DNA from: an uncultured Pseudomonadota bacterium
GTDB taxonomy: Bacteria; Oederibacteriota; Muellerivitia; Muellerivitales; Muellerivitaceae
DNA: 64,000 nt
Reading direction: 5' to 3'
NCBI GenBank assembly: GCA_963843375.1
Contig: CAWJKT010000009.1
Span: 96,001 to 160,000 of the forward strand
Shown: positions 42,532-52,510 of the stretch, piece after piece
How positions within the stretch are numbered: the first letter of the stretch is position 1
Layout: every line of letters begins with the position of its first letter
The notes under the pieces: model-generated
What the model was told of the DNA's origin: nothing
What the model saw: only the letters and a program-made list of their open reading frames with translations
The model's database searches: none
Position numbers and translations under genes: made by a program

Positions 42532-42815
42532 TTAAAAGTTATGAAACAGATTTGATGCGTAGATAAAAGAGTAATTGAATAGGAACAAGATTAAAGACAA
42601 AGACAGACATAGAGATTGAGGTGGGAGGACGGGAGTGAAGTGGTGGGGGAATTGAAGGGGAGCAGGAAAGACAGACCGTTATTGATGGAATGAGTGGGTG
42701 GTGGAAGATGAAGGGGTAGCGGGGGGTCAGTGGTAGGAGTGAAGTGGGTGTGGGTACGGTAGGGGGAGCAGGAAAGACAGGCCGTTGGGGAGCAGTGGTT
42801 GGGGTGAATGGCAGA

Positions 42816-43415
42816 TTAGTTTTGGATTTTCCGGGACCAGGCTTTTTCAGGATCTTCCAGGTCGCGGTTGACGAGGGACAGGTCGAATTCCTCGGGGTCA
42901 TAGGGTCTCCCGAACCACTCTATTAAATCCTCTCGATCCGGGTGGTTGGGATTCTTCATGGCTTCCACCAGGTTCTCGTATCCGGTGGTGCTTCCACAAT
43001 CCTCAGGGGGACAGGCGCGGGCCCCGGAGAGGCAGAGGGGGTATGGGCGGAGGGGATCAGAGGCTAGAACATCCTCTAAGACGATGTCATGTTCCCAGGC
43101 GTCCCCAAAGTCATAGAGGTATTCCAGGCGGTCGCCGGGTTTAAAAAGGACCCTTGAAAGGGGCACCTCACGGGAGTCGGTGTACTCTTTATCGTCGTAG
43201 CGGTCGTTTTCCGGGTCGGGTAGCTGAAAATGGGTTTCGTCCTTGATGAATTCGTGCAGGTGGCTGTCCGACCAGCCCATAGCCAGTTGAAGGACCTCAT
43301 GGAGTTCGTGAAGGGTAGTGGTGGGGGAAACCAGCAGTTGTCTCCAGATGGGCGGGTGAATGTCCTTGAGGGTGACTTTGAGCCGGTAGAGGCGTTGGGT
43401 TTTGGAGGGTGTCAT
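42816..43415 (-). CDS. Plasmid pRiA4b ORF-3 family protein
   Basis: PPIWR.LLV..TL.ELH..LQ.AMGW.DSHLHEF, YLYDFGD.WEH, G.RACPPEDCG. Confidence 0.88.
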   Translation of the reverse strand: MTPSKTQRLYRLKVTLKDIHPPIWRQLLVSPTTTLHELHEVLQLAMGWSDSHLHEFIKDETHFQLPDPENDRYDDKEYTDSREVPLSRVLFKPGDRLEYLYDFGDAWEHDIVLEDVLASDPLRPYPLCLSGARACPPEDCGSTTGYENLVEAMKNPNHPDREDLIEWFGRPYDPEEFDLSLVNRDLEDPEKAWSRKIQN

Positions 43416-44323
43416 GAAATTTCCGTCCTTTATGAAAGGGTTTTGGTTTTTTTGGTGGCCGTTTAAGGCCGGGTGCAACGGAATCGAAATATAACATCAC
43501 AAGGCACGAAAGAAAATAACCTTGGGGATGATTCATTAAGGGGGCTTCCAGGAAAACCACCAGGAAGCCCCCTTTTTTTTGAGTGGATGGAAGGGGATGG
43601 GGTAGTTAAGGGAAAACGGACTTATTCCAAGATAAAAAAAGGTATGTAATAAAAAACAGACTTGAAGACAACACTCAGAATCAAGAAGGCCATTTAAGGG
43701 GGAACGAAAAAGGGAAAGCACCTTTTTCGTGGGCCTTCCCCCTGGGTCAAGCTACCCGCTCTGCCAATCGCAAATGGCGATTGGCACAACCAAGGCTCTG
43801 GTGCCGTCTTGTGGACGGCACCAAGGTGAAAACCGCGGGCATCTTGACCCACCCCTATCCTCAGGGGCTTTGCCCCCGAACCCCTTACCAAAATGGAATT
43901 GCCCCTTTTGGAATTCCCGGAACCGTTGGTGGGGATTGAGTGGGAGCGTTGAAGATCCCTTTCCTTTTCCAGCGGGGACCCCACCAAGCCGTAAGCCCCC
44001 TCACCGTCTTGCAATCCTTCCCAATTATTTTAGCTCTTCTTGGAATAACGTTTTGGGGGCTACACAGCCGTTCGGCTGCAAGCCGGCGTGGGGGCTTACG
44101 GATTGGTACACCCCCGCTGGCACAGTCCCGTCTGGGCGACGAACAAATGCCGCCCTGACAGGACTGCGATAAAGGAAAGGGGCGTTTGAGTCCTCAGGGC
44201 CGTTTCCAGAAAGCCAAAGTTCGGCGTAGGCCAAAAAGATACCGCCTCGGTTTGTCTTTCTGGAAAGGGTCCCCCTTCCCCTGACGGGGAAGCGGCGCTT
44301 CGGGTGGAGAGGATTCAAAATCT

Positions 44324-44371
44324 AGGACTATTCAGTCGAAGGACTGTTCAGTCAAAGGACTGATCAGTCCA
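44324..44371. repeat. Three tandem 16-bp units AGGACTRWTCAGTCVA
   Basis: aggactattcagtcga / aggactgttcagtcaa / aggactgatcagtcca. Confidence 0.75.
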
Positions 44372-44856
44372 AGGATTGGTGAATGGATGAAAGCTGACAG
44401 CTAAAGCTGTCAGCTTTCCTGATACTGGTTGTTATTTTTTCTGAGGATCACATAGGGTTCGTGAGTGGTAGTTCCTTCCTGAAGTTTCTTAAGTCATCCC
44501 CTACAGCCAACCTAGAGTTCCGGTAGTTGAGGTATTTGGACGATGGTCAGTTTCGGGAGTCCGTCCCGAGGCCTCATTGCGGTTTTTCTTGATTCCACGG
44601 CCACCCTTGCAAGGCAACTTTTGCGCCAGCCGAAGTTCACGGCTGTCACAAAAGTTAAGGGTGTCCTTCGTTTTTTTGTTCCTCATTAGTTCCTGAATTT
44701 TCCCACGCACGAACTCCCCAAACTCCGGCTTTTGCCTTCTCCCTCCCCCCTCAGGCTTTTGAGGGGGGAGGGGGAAGGCGGTTTTTAAAAGGCGAAGTCC
44801 TTTCGGACAAAGTCCCTTCGAACTAAGCCCAAAAAACAAAAAGGAGGTGGTGGGAG

Positions 44857-44994
44857 ATGACGGAGGAACAGGAAAAAAAGGAACCGAAATGGTGGGAGGC
44901 CGAAGGGAAGGAGCCTTTGGGCTGGAAGGTCAGGGAAGAGGAATTGGACTTGGCCTTGAAGAAGGTTTTGCAGGAATGGATGGGCGAGGCATGA
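44857..44994 (+). CDS. Small hypothetical protein (45 aa; not in ORF track)
   Basis: RBS AGGAGG; MTEEQEKKEPKWWEAEGKEPLGWKVREEELDLALKKVLQEWMGEA. Confidence 0.4.
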   Translation: MTEEQEKKEPKWWEAEGKEPLGWKVREEELDLALKKVLQEWMGEA

Positions 44995-45100
44995 ATGCCC
45001 GGCATGACATGCCCCGTATGACATGCTTCGCATGAAACCCATTCAACCTTTTGACTTTAAGGAACTCATTCACTCACTAACCAACACAGGAGGAAAAACC

Positions 45101-45979
45101 ATGAAGAGGAATATAGCGGAAGAAATTACGGGCAGGATTTTAGAGGACTTGGAAAAGGGAGTTTTGCCTTGGGAAAAACCCTGGAAAGCGGGACGGGGTT
45201 TGCCCCTGCCGATGAACGCCAGCACCCAGAAGCACTACCGAGGAATTAACGTCTTTGTCCTTTGGGACGAACAGGCGAGGCGGGGATTTTCTTCCCCGGC
45301 TTGGGTGACCTTTAACCAAGCCAAGGCTTTGGGAGGAACCGTCAAAAGGAGCGAAAAGGGAACGGGGGTTGTTTTCTACAAGCGACTCGCCAAGACCAAT
45401 TCTTTGAACCTCGACGATGAAGTCATGCTGGAAGAACAGACATTTTGGGTCTTGAGGACTTATACGGTCTTTAACCTCGACCAAGTGGAGGGGCTTGACC
45501 ACCTGAAACCCAAAGTTGAAACGGTGAAGCCTTTTGCCGCCATCGAGAGAGCCGAACGGCTCTTGAAGGATTCGGGAGCGAAGATCATTCACGCCGCCAT
45601 TGACCGGGCTTTTTATGAACCCAAGGGGGACTTGATTACCCTTCCCTTGAAAGGGAGCTTCAAAAATCCGGAAACCTATTACTCCACGGCCCTGCATGAA
45701 TTGACCCACTGGACCGGAAACGAGGCCCGATTGAATCGGCAATTCGGGAAGCGGTTTGGGGACCAAGCCTACGCTTTCGAGGAATTGGTGGCCGAAATGG
45801 GAGCGGCATTTCTTTGCGTCTCTTGCGGCATTCCTTATGACACCCAGCACGCCCGCTATATCGGTGACTGGATGAAAATTTTGAAGGACCACAAGCGGGC
45901 CATCTTCACGGCGGCGGCAAAAGCCCAGGCCGCTATGGACTTTGTGTTGAAAACCCAATTTGAGGAAGCGGTAGCCTGA
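45101..45979 (+). CDS. ardC: ArdC anti-restriction ssDNA-binding/zincin protein
   Basis: PW.KPW, YRGIN, W.TFNQA, VFN.DQ, LHELTHWT, YAFEELVAE. Confidence 0.9.
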   Translation: MKRNIAEEITGRILEDLEKGVLPWEKPWKAGRGLPLPMNASTQKHYRGINVFVLWDEQARRGFSSPAWVTFNQAKALGGTVKRSEKGTGVVFYKRLAKTNSLNLDDEVMLEEQTFWVLRTYTVFNLDQVEGLDHLKPKVETVKPFAAIERAERLLKDSGAKIIHAAIDRAFYEPKGDLITLPLKGSFKNPETYYSTALHELTHWTGNEARLNRQFGKRFGDQAYAFEELVAEMGAAFLCVSCGIPYDTQHARYIGDWMKILKDHKRAIFTAAAKAQAAMDFVLKTQFEEAVA

Positions 45980-45993
45980 AAGGAGGCGGAACC

Positions 45994-46471
45994 ATGAATA
46001 AGCAATTGGCCTTGAGATTTAATTTGGAAAATTTGCCCGTTCCAACGGTTCCGCCCATTTCATGGGCGGAGGCCAGAGAATCGTACAAGCGGGGTCCGGT
46101 GGTGAGCGCTCCACAGGATGCGGCGGATTATTTTCGCAGGTATATCGGGGGAAAGCCCAATGAGTCTTTCCTCTGCATGTATCTCGATCACCGCAACCAT
46201 GTTTTGGACGTGGTCTTGGAAAGTGAGGGAACGGTGGATCATGCGGCGGTCTATCCCCGGCAAATTTTAAAACGGGTTTTGGACTTGGGGGGTACCGGAA
46301 TCATCCTGTCCCACAATCACCCGGCGGGGAGCTTGGAACCATCGGAGGGGGACAAGGCTTTGACCCGGCAGATTTTAGCCGGAGCGCCGCGCCCTGGGGG
46401 TTTCCATTCATGATCACTTGATTGTCACACATGAGGGGCACTTTTCGTTTCGGCAGGCGGGGTTGTTATGA
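45994..46471 (+). pseudogene. radC: RadC/JAB-domain protein with +1 frameshift near 46387
   Basis: E.F..MYLD, GTVD..VYPR, HNHPAG..PS..D; the IHDHLIV..FSFRQAGLL tail is in another frame. Confidence 0.8.
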
Positions 46472-46607
46472 AATCGCCTTGGAAAGGAGGCCGACCGCCT
46501 CCTTTGCCGACTTGTCTTCGTGACCAAAGGGGGCGGCGCTGGGGGATTGGTTACAAAAATGAAAAATTTGGTTTTTTTAGGGGTAGCTCCGAGGGCGACC
46601 CCTTATT

Positions 46608-47222
46608 TTATTTCTTGAAGGATTTTTGAACACGCCCAACCCGTTCAGCCTTGTTTCCGGGATTGTCGTCCACTTCCGGTGGGAATATTTTGGAAGAATA
46701 TCTGTCCAAAACCGAATCCAGGGGGATTCTTAAATCCGCGGCTTTGACAAGCTCACGGTTTTGGTTGTCCTGGAAAGTAGCGATTTCAACGTGACGGCCA
46801 AAATCCTTGACGTTCTCCAGGGCTGAGGAATACATTCCGTCCTCGGTTACGACGATTGCGGTATCAAAGGTTTTCTTGGCGGCGTGAAAAACCAGATCAG
46901 AGGCGAATAAAACATCCATTCCCTTTTCGTGGACCCTTCCGTCCGACGTGGTATAGAGGCGTCCCAAACGCAGTTCCAGATGTGGCGTTTTATCGAGTGA
47001 ATCGAGAAACGAAATTTGGGTTTTGGCTTTGTCGGGAACGAGGTCTTTATCGTAGGCCACGTTGTAGTAATAGGTTTTCACCAGCTGCCGGTCGGGACCG
47101 GCCAGGGCGAGGCTTAGCTGGTAATAATCGACCCGGGTGACCCGGTTGTTACGCTTGAGGCCGAAATAAAAATTGTTTCCATCGATGAAAACACAGACAC
47201 GTTCCATATACCGATCAACCAT
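46608..47222 (-). CDS. NYN-domain (LabA/DUF88) PIN-like protein
   Basis: VFIDGNN, EKGMDV..ASD, EDG. Confidence 0.85.
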   Translation of the reverse strand: MVDRYMERVCVFIDGNNFYFGLKRNNRVTRVDYYQLSLALAGPDRQLVKTYYYNVAYDKDLVPDKAKTQISFLDSLDKTPHLELRLGRLYTTSDGRVHEKGMDVLFASDLVFHAAKKTFDTAIVVTEDGMYSSALENVKDFGRHVEIATFQDNQNRELVKAADLRIPLDSVLDRYSSKIFPPEVDDNPGNKAERVGRVQKSFKK

Positions 47223-47251
47223 TCTTGTGTTAATAAAATACCGGCTTTGGA

Positions 47252-47479
47252 TTAGGAAGTTATTTTCATAAGCTTCCAGGGCTCCACCCCTACCACTTCT
47301 GACGCGCGAAGGAAGGATTCTAAGCTCATGGGATTTCCAGTTTCCAGCAAAACCCAGCGTTTGGGCGTACAGCCATAGGCTTTGGCGGCCTTGGAAATGG
47401 AAAGGCCCGCTTTTTTCCGGGCCTTGCGGATGTTCTGGCCGATTTTCTGGTGGAATTCCTCGCGGTTCATGACACCCAT
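47252..47479 (-). CDS. XRE-family HTH regulator
   Basis: IGQNIRKARKKAGLS...LETG. Confidence 0.75.
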   Translation of the reverse strand: MGVMNREEFHQKIGQNIRKARKKAGLSISKAAKAYGCTPKRWVLLETGNPMSLESFLRASEVVGVEPWKLMKITS

Positions 47480-47589
47480 ACTAGGCTGATTTTCAGAAAC
47501 CTACTTAGCCAGTAAATACTACCTAGGTAGGAAATTCTGGGTTAAAATGGCCTTGTCGATAATTGATATGGTCGATTTAGGGCGAACCT

Positions 47590-47853
47590 ATGGATAACCT
47601 CATGCGGGTTAGTGAAATACTATCATCCTGCCTCACAACCGAAGCCGTCCTAAGCTTACGGCCAGTCATACAACCTGAAATGGCCTCTCCAAAAGAGGAA
47701 AAAGAGAGTGTCAAGAACCAACTCTTTGTGGAACTTCTCGAACACGCCGGGCAAATTGTGATGGGAAAATTGAACCGGGAATTGGCACCCGATGAGGTTA
47801 TGTTGGTTTATAACCGGGTCAAGCAGTTCATGACGGCCAGGGGATATGATTGA
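47590..47853 (+). CDS. Hypothetical protein
   Basis: ORF divergent from the XRE gene; no recognised motif. Confidence 0.35.
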   Translation: MDNLMRVSEILSSCLTTEAVLSLRPVIQPEMASPKEEKESVKNQLFVELLEHAGQIVMGKLNRELAPDEVMLVYNRVKQFMTARGYD

Positions 47854-47981
47854 GTGGGTTTTGATCTTCTGGGGAAGTGGGGAAAGTGGCGGAGTTTTTA
47901 AATATGGTCTGCATTTCAAAAACTTGCCTCAGGTTAAAAACAGATTTATTCTAATAGTAGAAAGTGAAGAGGGAGGTTGCT

Positions 47982-48401
47982 ATGAAACTTTTACCCGAAT
48001 TATTACCACACCTTTTTACTTTTGGTCTTATTGCAGTGGGTTGTCTATTTGGGTTCGTTATTCTAGTTTGGGCATTTGGGCTCACTATTCTTCCGATTCA
48101 CTGGGTAATAACAAGAATCACTGATACCCGTTGTCCCGAGTGCAAAGGGTTCTTTACACGGAAGCTAATGAATTGGGAAGTCACGGACGAGAGGGAAGTT
48201 TTACGGACCGTTGACCGCGTGGATGAAGGGATTGTTTATTCCAACCACCTTTTGGAACCCAATCACGTCATAGAGATCAACCGCAGGGAGCAAGTGACTT
48301 TCGTGGAAAAAACTATCCTCAACCATTGGGCTTGTAAGAATCCCCTTTGTGGACATGAGTGGAAGTCCGAAGAATCAAATGAATTCGAAGGTTCCTTATG
48401 A
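47982..48401 (+). CDS. Hypothetical membrane-anchored Zn-ribbon protein
   Basis: RBS GGAGG; N-terminal TM, CPEC and C..C.H. Confidence 0.55.
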   Translation: MKLLPELLPHLFTFGLIAVGCLFGFVILVWAFGLTILPIHWVITRITDTRCPECKGFFTRKLMNWEVTDEREVLRTVDRVDEGIVYSNHLLEPNHVIEINRREQVTFVEKTILNHWACKNPLCGHEWKSEESNEFEGSL

Positions 48402-48422
48402 AAGCTGTCGTTATAATGCGGC

Positions 48423-49385
48423 ATGGCACTCGACCTAGAACGTAAATTAGCCCTGTTGACCTTGTTGGCCAAATCCAAGCAATCCTTGGATTGCCGGGAA
48501 ATATTTCAAAACCTACCCACTTTTTATAACGATCAAAAACGCCAGTACAGTTCCACTAAAAAAATGTTCGAGCGGGATAAAGAAGAACTCATCGACGCGG
48601 GGTTTCTTGTCCTGGCCGAACCCATGGAAGTGGACAACGAGTTTCGTTACCGCTTGCATAAACCAGGGGAAATTCTCGACCGTCAATTCACGTTTACGCT
48701 AGAGCAAACCCAAATTCTTCGATCTCTTTTAGAAGACCCGCTATTTGTTGGGCAGGTGCCTGGCATAGCCTTAGCCGCGATCAGCAAATTATTGTCCTTT
48801 CATGGCCGGCTGGATGTGCAGTCTAAAACTATCGCTGCCAGCATTAAAAAAGAAGACCACAACCTAACCTTGGCCCTACAAGCGGGGCAGGTGAGTAAAG
48901 CCATCGAAGTGGAATATCCATCCCATTTGACTGACAAAATGGAACGACGGGTGTTTAGCCCCTACGGAGCCTTTTTGCGCACGGGCAAGACCTATCTAGT
49001 GGTTTGGTGCCATCGAGACCATGTACTGAAGGTTTTAGACATGAAACGCATGGGTACCATTCGCATCGCCCGAGAAAATTACCATGAAGCCCCAGAAGAA
49101 TTGACCATTGAGAATTTTTCCCAAACCCACAACTGGATTAGTGTGGAAGGCCGGGGCCATAAAATTATCCTGAAAGTCAAAGACAGCCAGGCCCATCGGA
49201 TAAAAGAGCATCACCCCTTCGCGGTGACACAAGAAAACCCAGATCATTCCATTTTGGCGGTTTATTTTGTGACCAACCTGCCCCGATATTTTAAATATGT
49301 GCTTTCCTTTGGCCGGGACGCGGAGATTTTAGAACCGCCTGATGTGCGCCAGTCCTTTCTCAAGTTTTTGGTGCAGAACACATGA
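48423..49385 (+). CDS. WYL-domain regulator, PafB-like
   Basis: wHTH KKMFERDKEEL; R..SPYG..TYLV.WC..D; WCX tail FGRDAEILEP. Confidence 0.85.
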   Translation: MALDLERKLALLTLLAKSKQSLDCREIFQNLPTFYNDQKRQYSSTKKMFERDKEELIDAGFLVLAEPMEVDNEFRYRLHKPGEILDRQFTFTLEQTQILRSLLEDPLFVGQVPGIALAAISKLLSFHGRLDVQSKTIAASIKKEDHNLTLALQAGQVSKAIEVEYPSHLTDKMERRVFSPYGAFLRTGKTYLVVWCHRDHVLKVLDMKRMGTIRIARENYHEAPEELTIENFSQTHNWISVEGRGHKIILKVKDSQAHRIKEHHPFAVTQENPDHSILAVYFVTNLPRYFKYVLSFGRDAEILEPPDVRQSFLKFLVQNT

Positions 49386-50356
49386 AAACAAAAAAGACCA
49401 AAGTCGATTGGACGGTTTCGCGCATGGTCGGGGTTTTTGCTGCCCTCAAGGAACCGATCAGTGTGGCCGAACTTAAAAAGCGATATGGCATAGGTATGCC
49501 CGAACTTCGCGAACTGGAATACAAAGTGTTAGGCAACGCGGAAGAAACCAGCGCCACAGGCAGTCTTCATTTCAGTTTGGAGTTTCAAACCGAAAACGGC
49601 CAAACCATGGTCAAACTCTTGACCCAACCCATTCTGGCTAAATCCGTTGGGGTATCCCTTGCCGAGGCGCACCTGGCCCAGCAAACTCTTTCCTTGGTCG
49701 AACTGCCTGAACCCCGGCAAAAGGCCTTAAAAGAAATTGTCCAGGCTCTGGGTGCGGCGGTTAAGAAGGGGAAGTATGCCCCGTCTTTGGACTTTTTATT
49801 GACCGCGCCTCATCTCCCATTTTCTGATAAGAACGCCAAACAGTTGGCCCAAGCCGTGCAAGATGAAATGGAAGTGCGATTTCTTTATGGCCGCAAACAA
49901 CAAGCTTGGCGCTATGTGCAGCCCTTTAGCCTGCGGCGGGACCAGGGCGAATGGCGTCTACTGACTTATGACCTAGAGCGTCAGGGGTTGAGGGTGTTTC
50001 TTCTGTCGAAGATCAAGCAGGTCAAGGTGGGCGAAAAGTTTGAATGGCCTCTTCGCTATACCAAAAGCCATATGAAGTCGATGGATTTGAGCCGTTACCG
50101 ACCCAACGGAACTGAAGTTGAAGTTCAAATTAAAATACGAAATCCGGCCTTTGAAAAGTTTCAAAGCCTTTTTCCTTATGTTCACATCGCACAGAAAGAC
50201 CGCGCTTGGAAGAAGTTGTCCATTTATAGCGCTGATCCCCAATGGGTGGCTCGTACCTTTTTATTTGGTTTGGGTGATGTCGAAATATTGGGGCCACCTG
50301 ATTTTAAACAAGCCTGGCTTGCGGAAATTAATGCGGTCAAAGCCCTCTACACCTAA
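49382..50356 (+). CDS. WYL-domain regulator, PafC-like
   Basis: RYVQPFSL..WRL.TYDLERQGLRVF.LSKI; GDVEILGP; overlaps the upstream gene by 4 nt. Confidence 0.82.
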   Translation: MKTKKTKVDWTVSRMVGVFAALKEPISVAELKKRYGIGMPELRELEYKVLGNAEETSATGSLHFSLEFQTENGQTMVKLLTQPILAKSVGVSLAEAHLAQQTLSLVELPEPRQKALKEIVQALGAAVKKGKYAPSLDFLLTAPHLPFSDKNAKQLAQAVQDEMEVRFLYGRKQQAWRYVQPFSLRRDQGEWRLLTYDLERQGLRVFLLSKIKQVKVGEKFEWPLRYTKSHMKSMDLSRYRPNGTEVEVQIKIRNPAFEKFQSLFPYVHIAQKDRAWKKLSIYSADPQWVARTFLFGLGDVEILGPPDFKQAWLAEINAVKALYT

Positions 50357-50383
50357 ACCCTTTCGTTACCACCATTCCAGCCT

Positions 50384-50405
50384 TGTCTGTGCCAAACCTT
50401 ATCCT
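50384..50405 (+). promoter_or_regulatory. PafBC/RecA-NDp-like promoter motif
   Basis: TGTCTG-N10-TATCCT. Confidence 0.6.
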
Positions 50406-50434
50406 TTCCTTTCATCAAAAAAAGGGAGGGTTTT

Positions 50435-50929
50435 ATGAATCTGACCAGCCAATTCGAGGAAATATTAGGAAAAAAAGACAACGATACGATGTTCAAGTGG
50501 ATCATGGAAAAGCTTTTGCTGAATCCCGATTCGATTGAGCTACGTGGAATGGCGGCCTTCGCCTTTTTGGTCCTCGATAAAACTTGGGTGGCCCGTGAAA
50601 TGGCTGAGACGGTTTTGAAAGAAAATCCTGACGAGACATGGTCCCTCGCCGCCCTGTTCGGTTCCTACCGGTACGACGATGTCACACGAAACGCCCGCTT
50701 CTTCGAGGATGAGTTTTTTAAACTGGGTCCCGAATGGATTCCCCGGTTCGCCAAAGCCTTCCATGACCAAACCGCCGAAAAGTTAATTTATTGCCTGACA
50801 CTTTACGGCACCCCTGCCCAAAAGTTTCTGTTGCTGGAAAATTACTTGGTTACGCCTGCTGATCCGCCCCTTGGGCAGTTGTCGCTTCCAATTGAGAATC
50901 TACCCAAAGAGCAAAAAAAGCGGAAATAG
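50435..50929 (+). CDS. Hypothetical protein (TPR-like helices)
   Basis: RBS GGAGG; helical sequence. Confidence 0.55.
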   Translation: MNLTSQFEEILGKKDNDTMFKWIMEKLLLNPDSIELRGMAAFAFLVLDKTWVAREMAETVLKENPDETWSLAALFGSYRYDDVTRNARFFEDEFFKLGPEWIPRFAKAFHDQTAEKLIYCLTLYGTPAQKFLLLENYLVTPADPPLGQLSLPIENLPKEQKKRK

Positions 50930-50959
50930 AAAAGCCTTTAAAACAGCCATTTATAATCC

Positions 50960-50981
50960 TGTCCGTACCCGTTCCTATTGT
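50960..50981 (+). promoter_or_regulatory. PafBC/RecA-NDp-like promoter motif
   Basis: TGTCCG-N10-TATTGT. Confidence 0.6.
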
Positions 50982-51010
50982 AGGGGTGAAAGGGAAAGGA
51001 GGCGGTTTCA

Positions 51011-51256
51011 ATGGGAACACCATGGTTTACTTATGTGGTGGTTTGGGAGTATGACGAAGCCAAGAACACACAAACGGCCATCAAAGCTGAATTTGTTTCA
51101 GATCAAGAAGCGGAACAACTTGAAAAAGAATATCCCTATCCCCGTTACGGTGTAGATGTGTTGAATTCTTCCGACCGGGACGATTGGGGAATTCAGGTGG
51201 GGAGGGTTGAGGAGATGGGTTTCGACCCCTACATCAGTAATGATGCGTTCGATTAA
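51011..51256 (+). CDS. Small acidic hypothetical protein
   Basis: RBS AGGAGG. Confidence 0.55.
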   Translation: MGTPWFTYVVVWEYDEAKNTQTAIKAEFVSDQEAEQLEKEYPYPRYGVDVLNSSDRDDWGIQVGRVEEMGFDPYISNDAFD

Positions 51257-51351
51257 AAAGGAGAGGGAAACAAAGTCGTTTGGCGGATTTACCACTTGCC
51301 CCGGCCAAATTCTTGAAAAGGAATCAATAGGGACTAAAAAGGAAAATTAAT

Positions 51352-51843
51352 ATGAGTCACAATATACCGTTTGAAAATTTTGAAAATATTCATCAAGACA
51401 TACCCAGGGCTTTTAGTTTGCACAAGATGAAATTGATCACCTTCGCGTTTATACCAAAACGGTTTGAGGTGTTTGACCGACCGGAGTTGAATGACTTTCC
51501 CCGTAGTATTCTTTTTGCCAATACGGTTCAATTGGGGCGCTATGGCCAGTACCGTTTAAGCCTTTATGAGCCTGATTTATCAACCTATAAGAATTTAAAC
51601 GGCCAACAACAAATGCTTTATCGCAATGCCCACGGCGGAAACAGCCAGGTGAAGGTGCTTCGCCATGTGAAAGGCTATTATTCTGCGGCGAAAGTTTTTG
51701 ACGGGGTTGAAAACGAGTTTGCCTCGGGGGAGAGCTGGAAAAGCTTTTTCCTTTACTTGTCTTTGCTGGGCCGCCACCAGGATGAGGCGGGGGTAGAGGT
51801 GTTGGGTGGTGAGATATTGGATGCTTATCCGCCCAAACCATAG
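51352..51843 (+). CDS. Hypothetical protein
   Basis: ORF in the co-oriented run. Confidence 0.5.
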   Translation: MSHNIPFENFENIHQDIPRAFSLHKMKLITFAFIPKRFEVFDRPELNDFPRSILFANTVQLGRYGQYRLSLYEPDLSTYKNLNGQQQMLYRNAHGGNSQVKVLRHVKGYYSAAKVFDGVENEFASGESWKSFFLYLSLLGRHQDEAGVEVLGGEILDAYPPKP

Positions 51844-51872
51844 GCCGTTATTAAAAATAAGGAGGTGCAAAT

Positions 51873-52346
51873 ATGATCGAATTAGAAGAAGAGAAAACTA
51901 AAAAAATCCTCTACATCGATATGGACGGGGTATTAGTTGATTTTCATTTGGGCATTCAACGGCTGACCAAAGCCGAAGCTCAAGAATACGCCGGTCGGCC
52001 CGAAGATGTTCCGGGCATTTTCGCCCGTATGGACCCCATGCCTGGGGCAGTCGAAGCCTTTGATGTTCTGGCGGATCATTTCGACACCTATATTCTTTCG
52101 ACTTCCCCCTGGGAAAACCCCACAGCCGCCAGTGATAAAGTGAAGTGGGTCAAAAGCTACTTGGGTCCCAAAGCCAAAAAACGACTCATTCTGAGTCACC
52201 ATAAAAACCTCAACCGAGGGCACATCATCATTGATGACCGGTTAAAGCATGGGGTGGATGACTTTCAAGGCGAACATATCCACTTTGGTCAGGGCCAATT
52301 TAAAACCTGGAAAGCGGTATTGAAGTACCTTCTGCCCAAAGCCTGA
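51873..52346 (+). CDS. 5'(3')-deoxyribonucleotidase (NT5C-like HAD)
   Basis: YIDMDGVLVDF, P.PGA.EA, ILST.PW, K..L.G..IIDDR. Confidence 0.85.
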   Translation: MIELEEEKTKKILYIDMDGVLVDFHLGIQRLTKAEAQEYAGRPEDVPGIFARMDPMPGAVEAFDVLADHFDTYILSTSPWENPTAASDKVKWVKSYLGPKAKKRLILSHHKNLNRGHIIIDDRLKHGVDDFQGEHIHFGQGQFKTWKAVLKYLLPKA

Positions 52347-52374
52347 AACCCTTTAAAAGGGCTATTTTGGGCTT

Positions 52375-52396
52375 TGTCTGTACCCTCTTTTAAGAT
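52375..52396 (+). promoter_or_regulatory. PafBC/RecA-NDp-like promoter motif
   Basis: TGTCTG-N10-TAAGAT. Confidence 0.6.
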
Positions 52397-52510
52397 TTTA
52401 CCCGTTGGTAAATCGAAAAAGGAGGGAGCCATGCATCATGGGATCCTGACAGTTGTATTCATAATGGGGTTTGTTTTGTTCGCCTGTTGTTTGATCGCGG
52501 ATAAAAAAGA

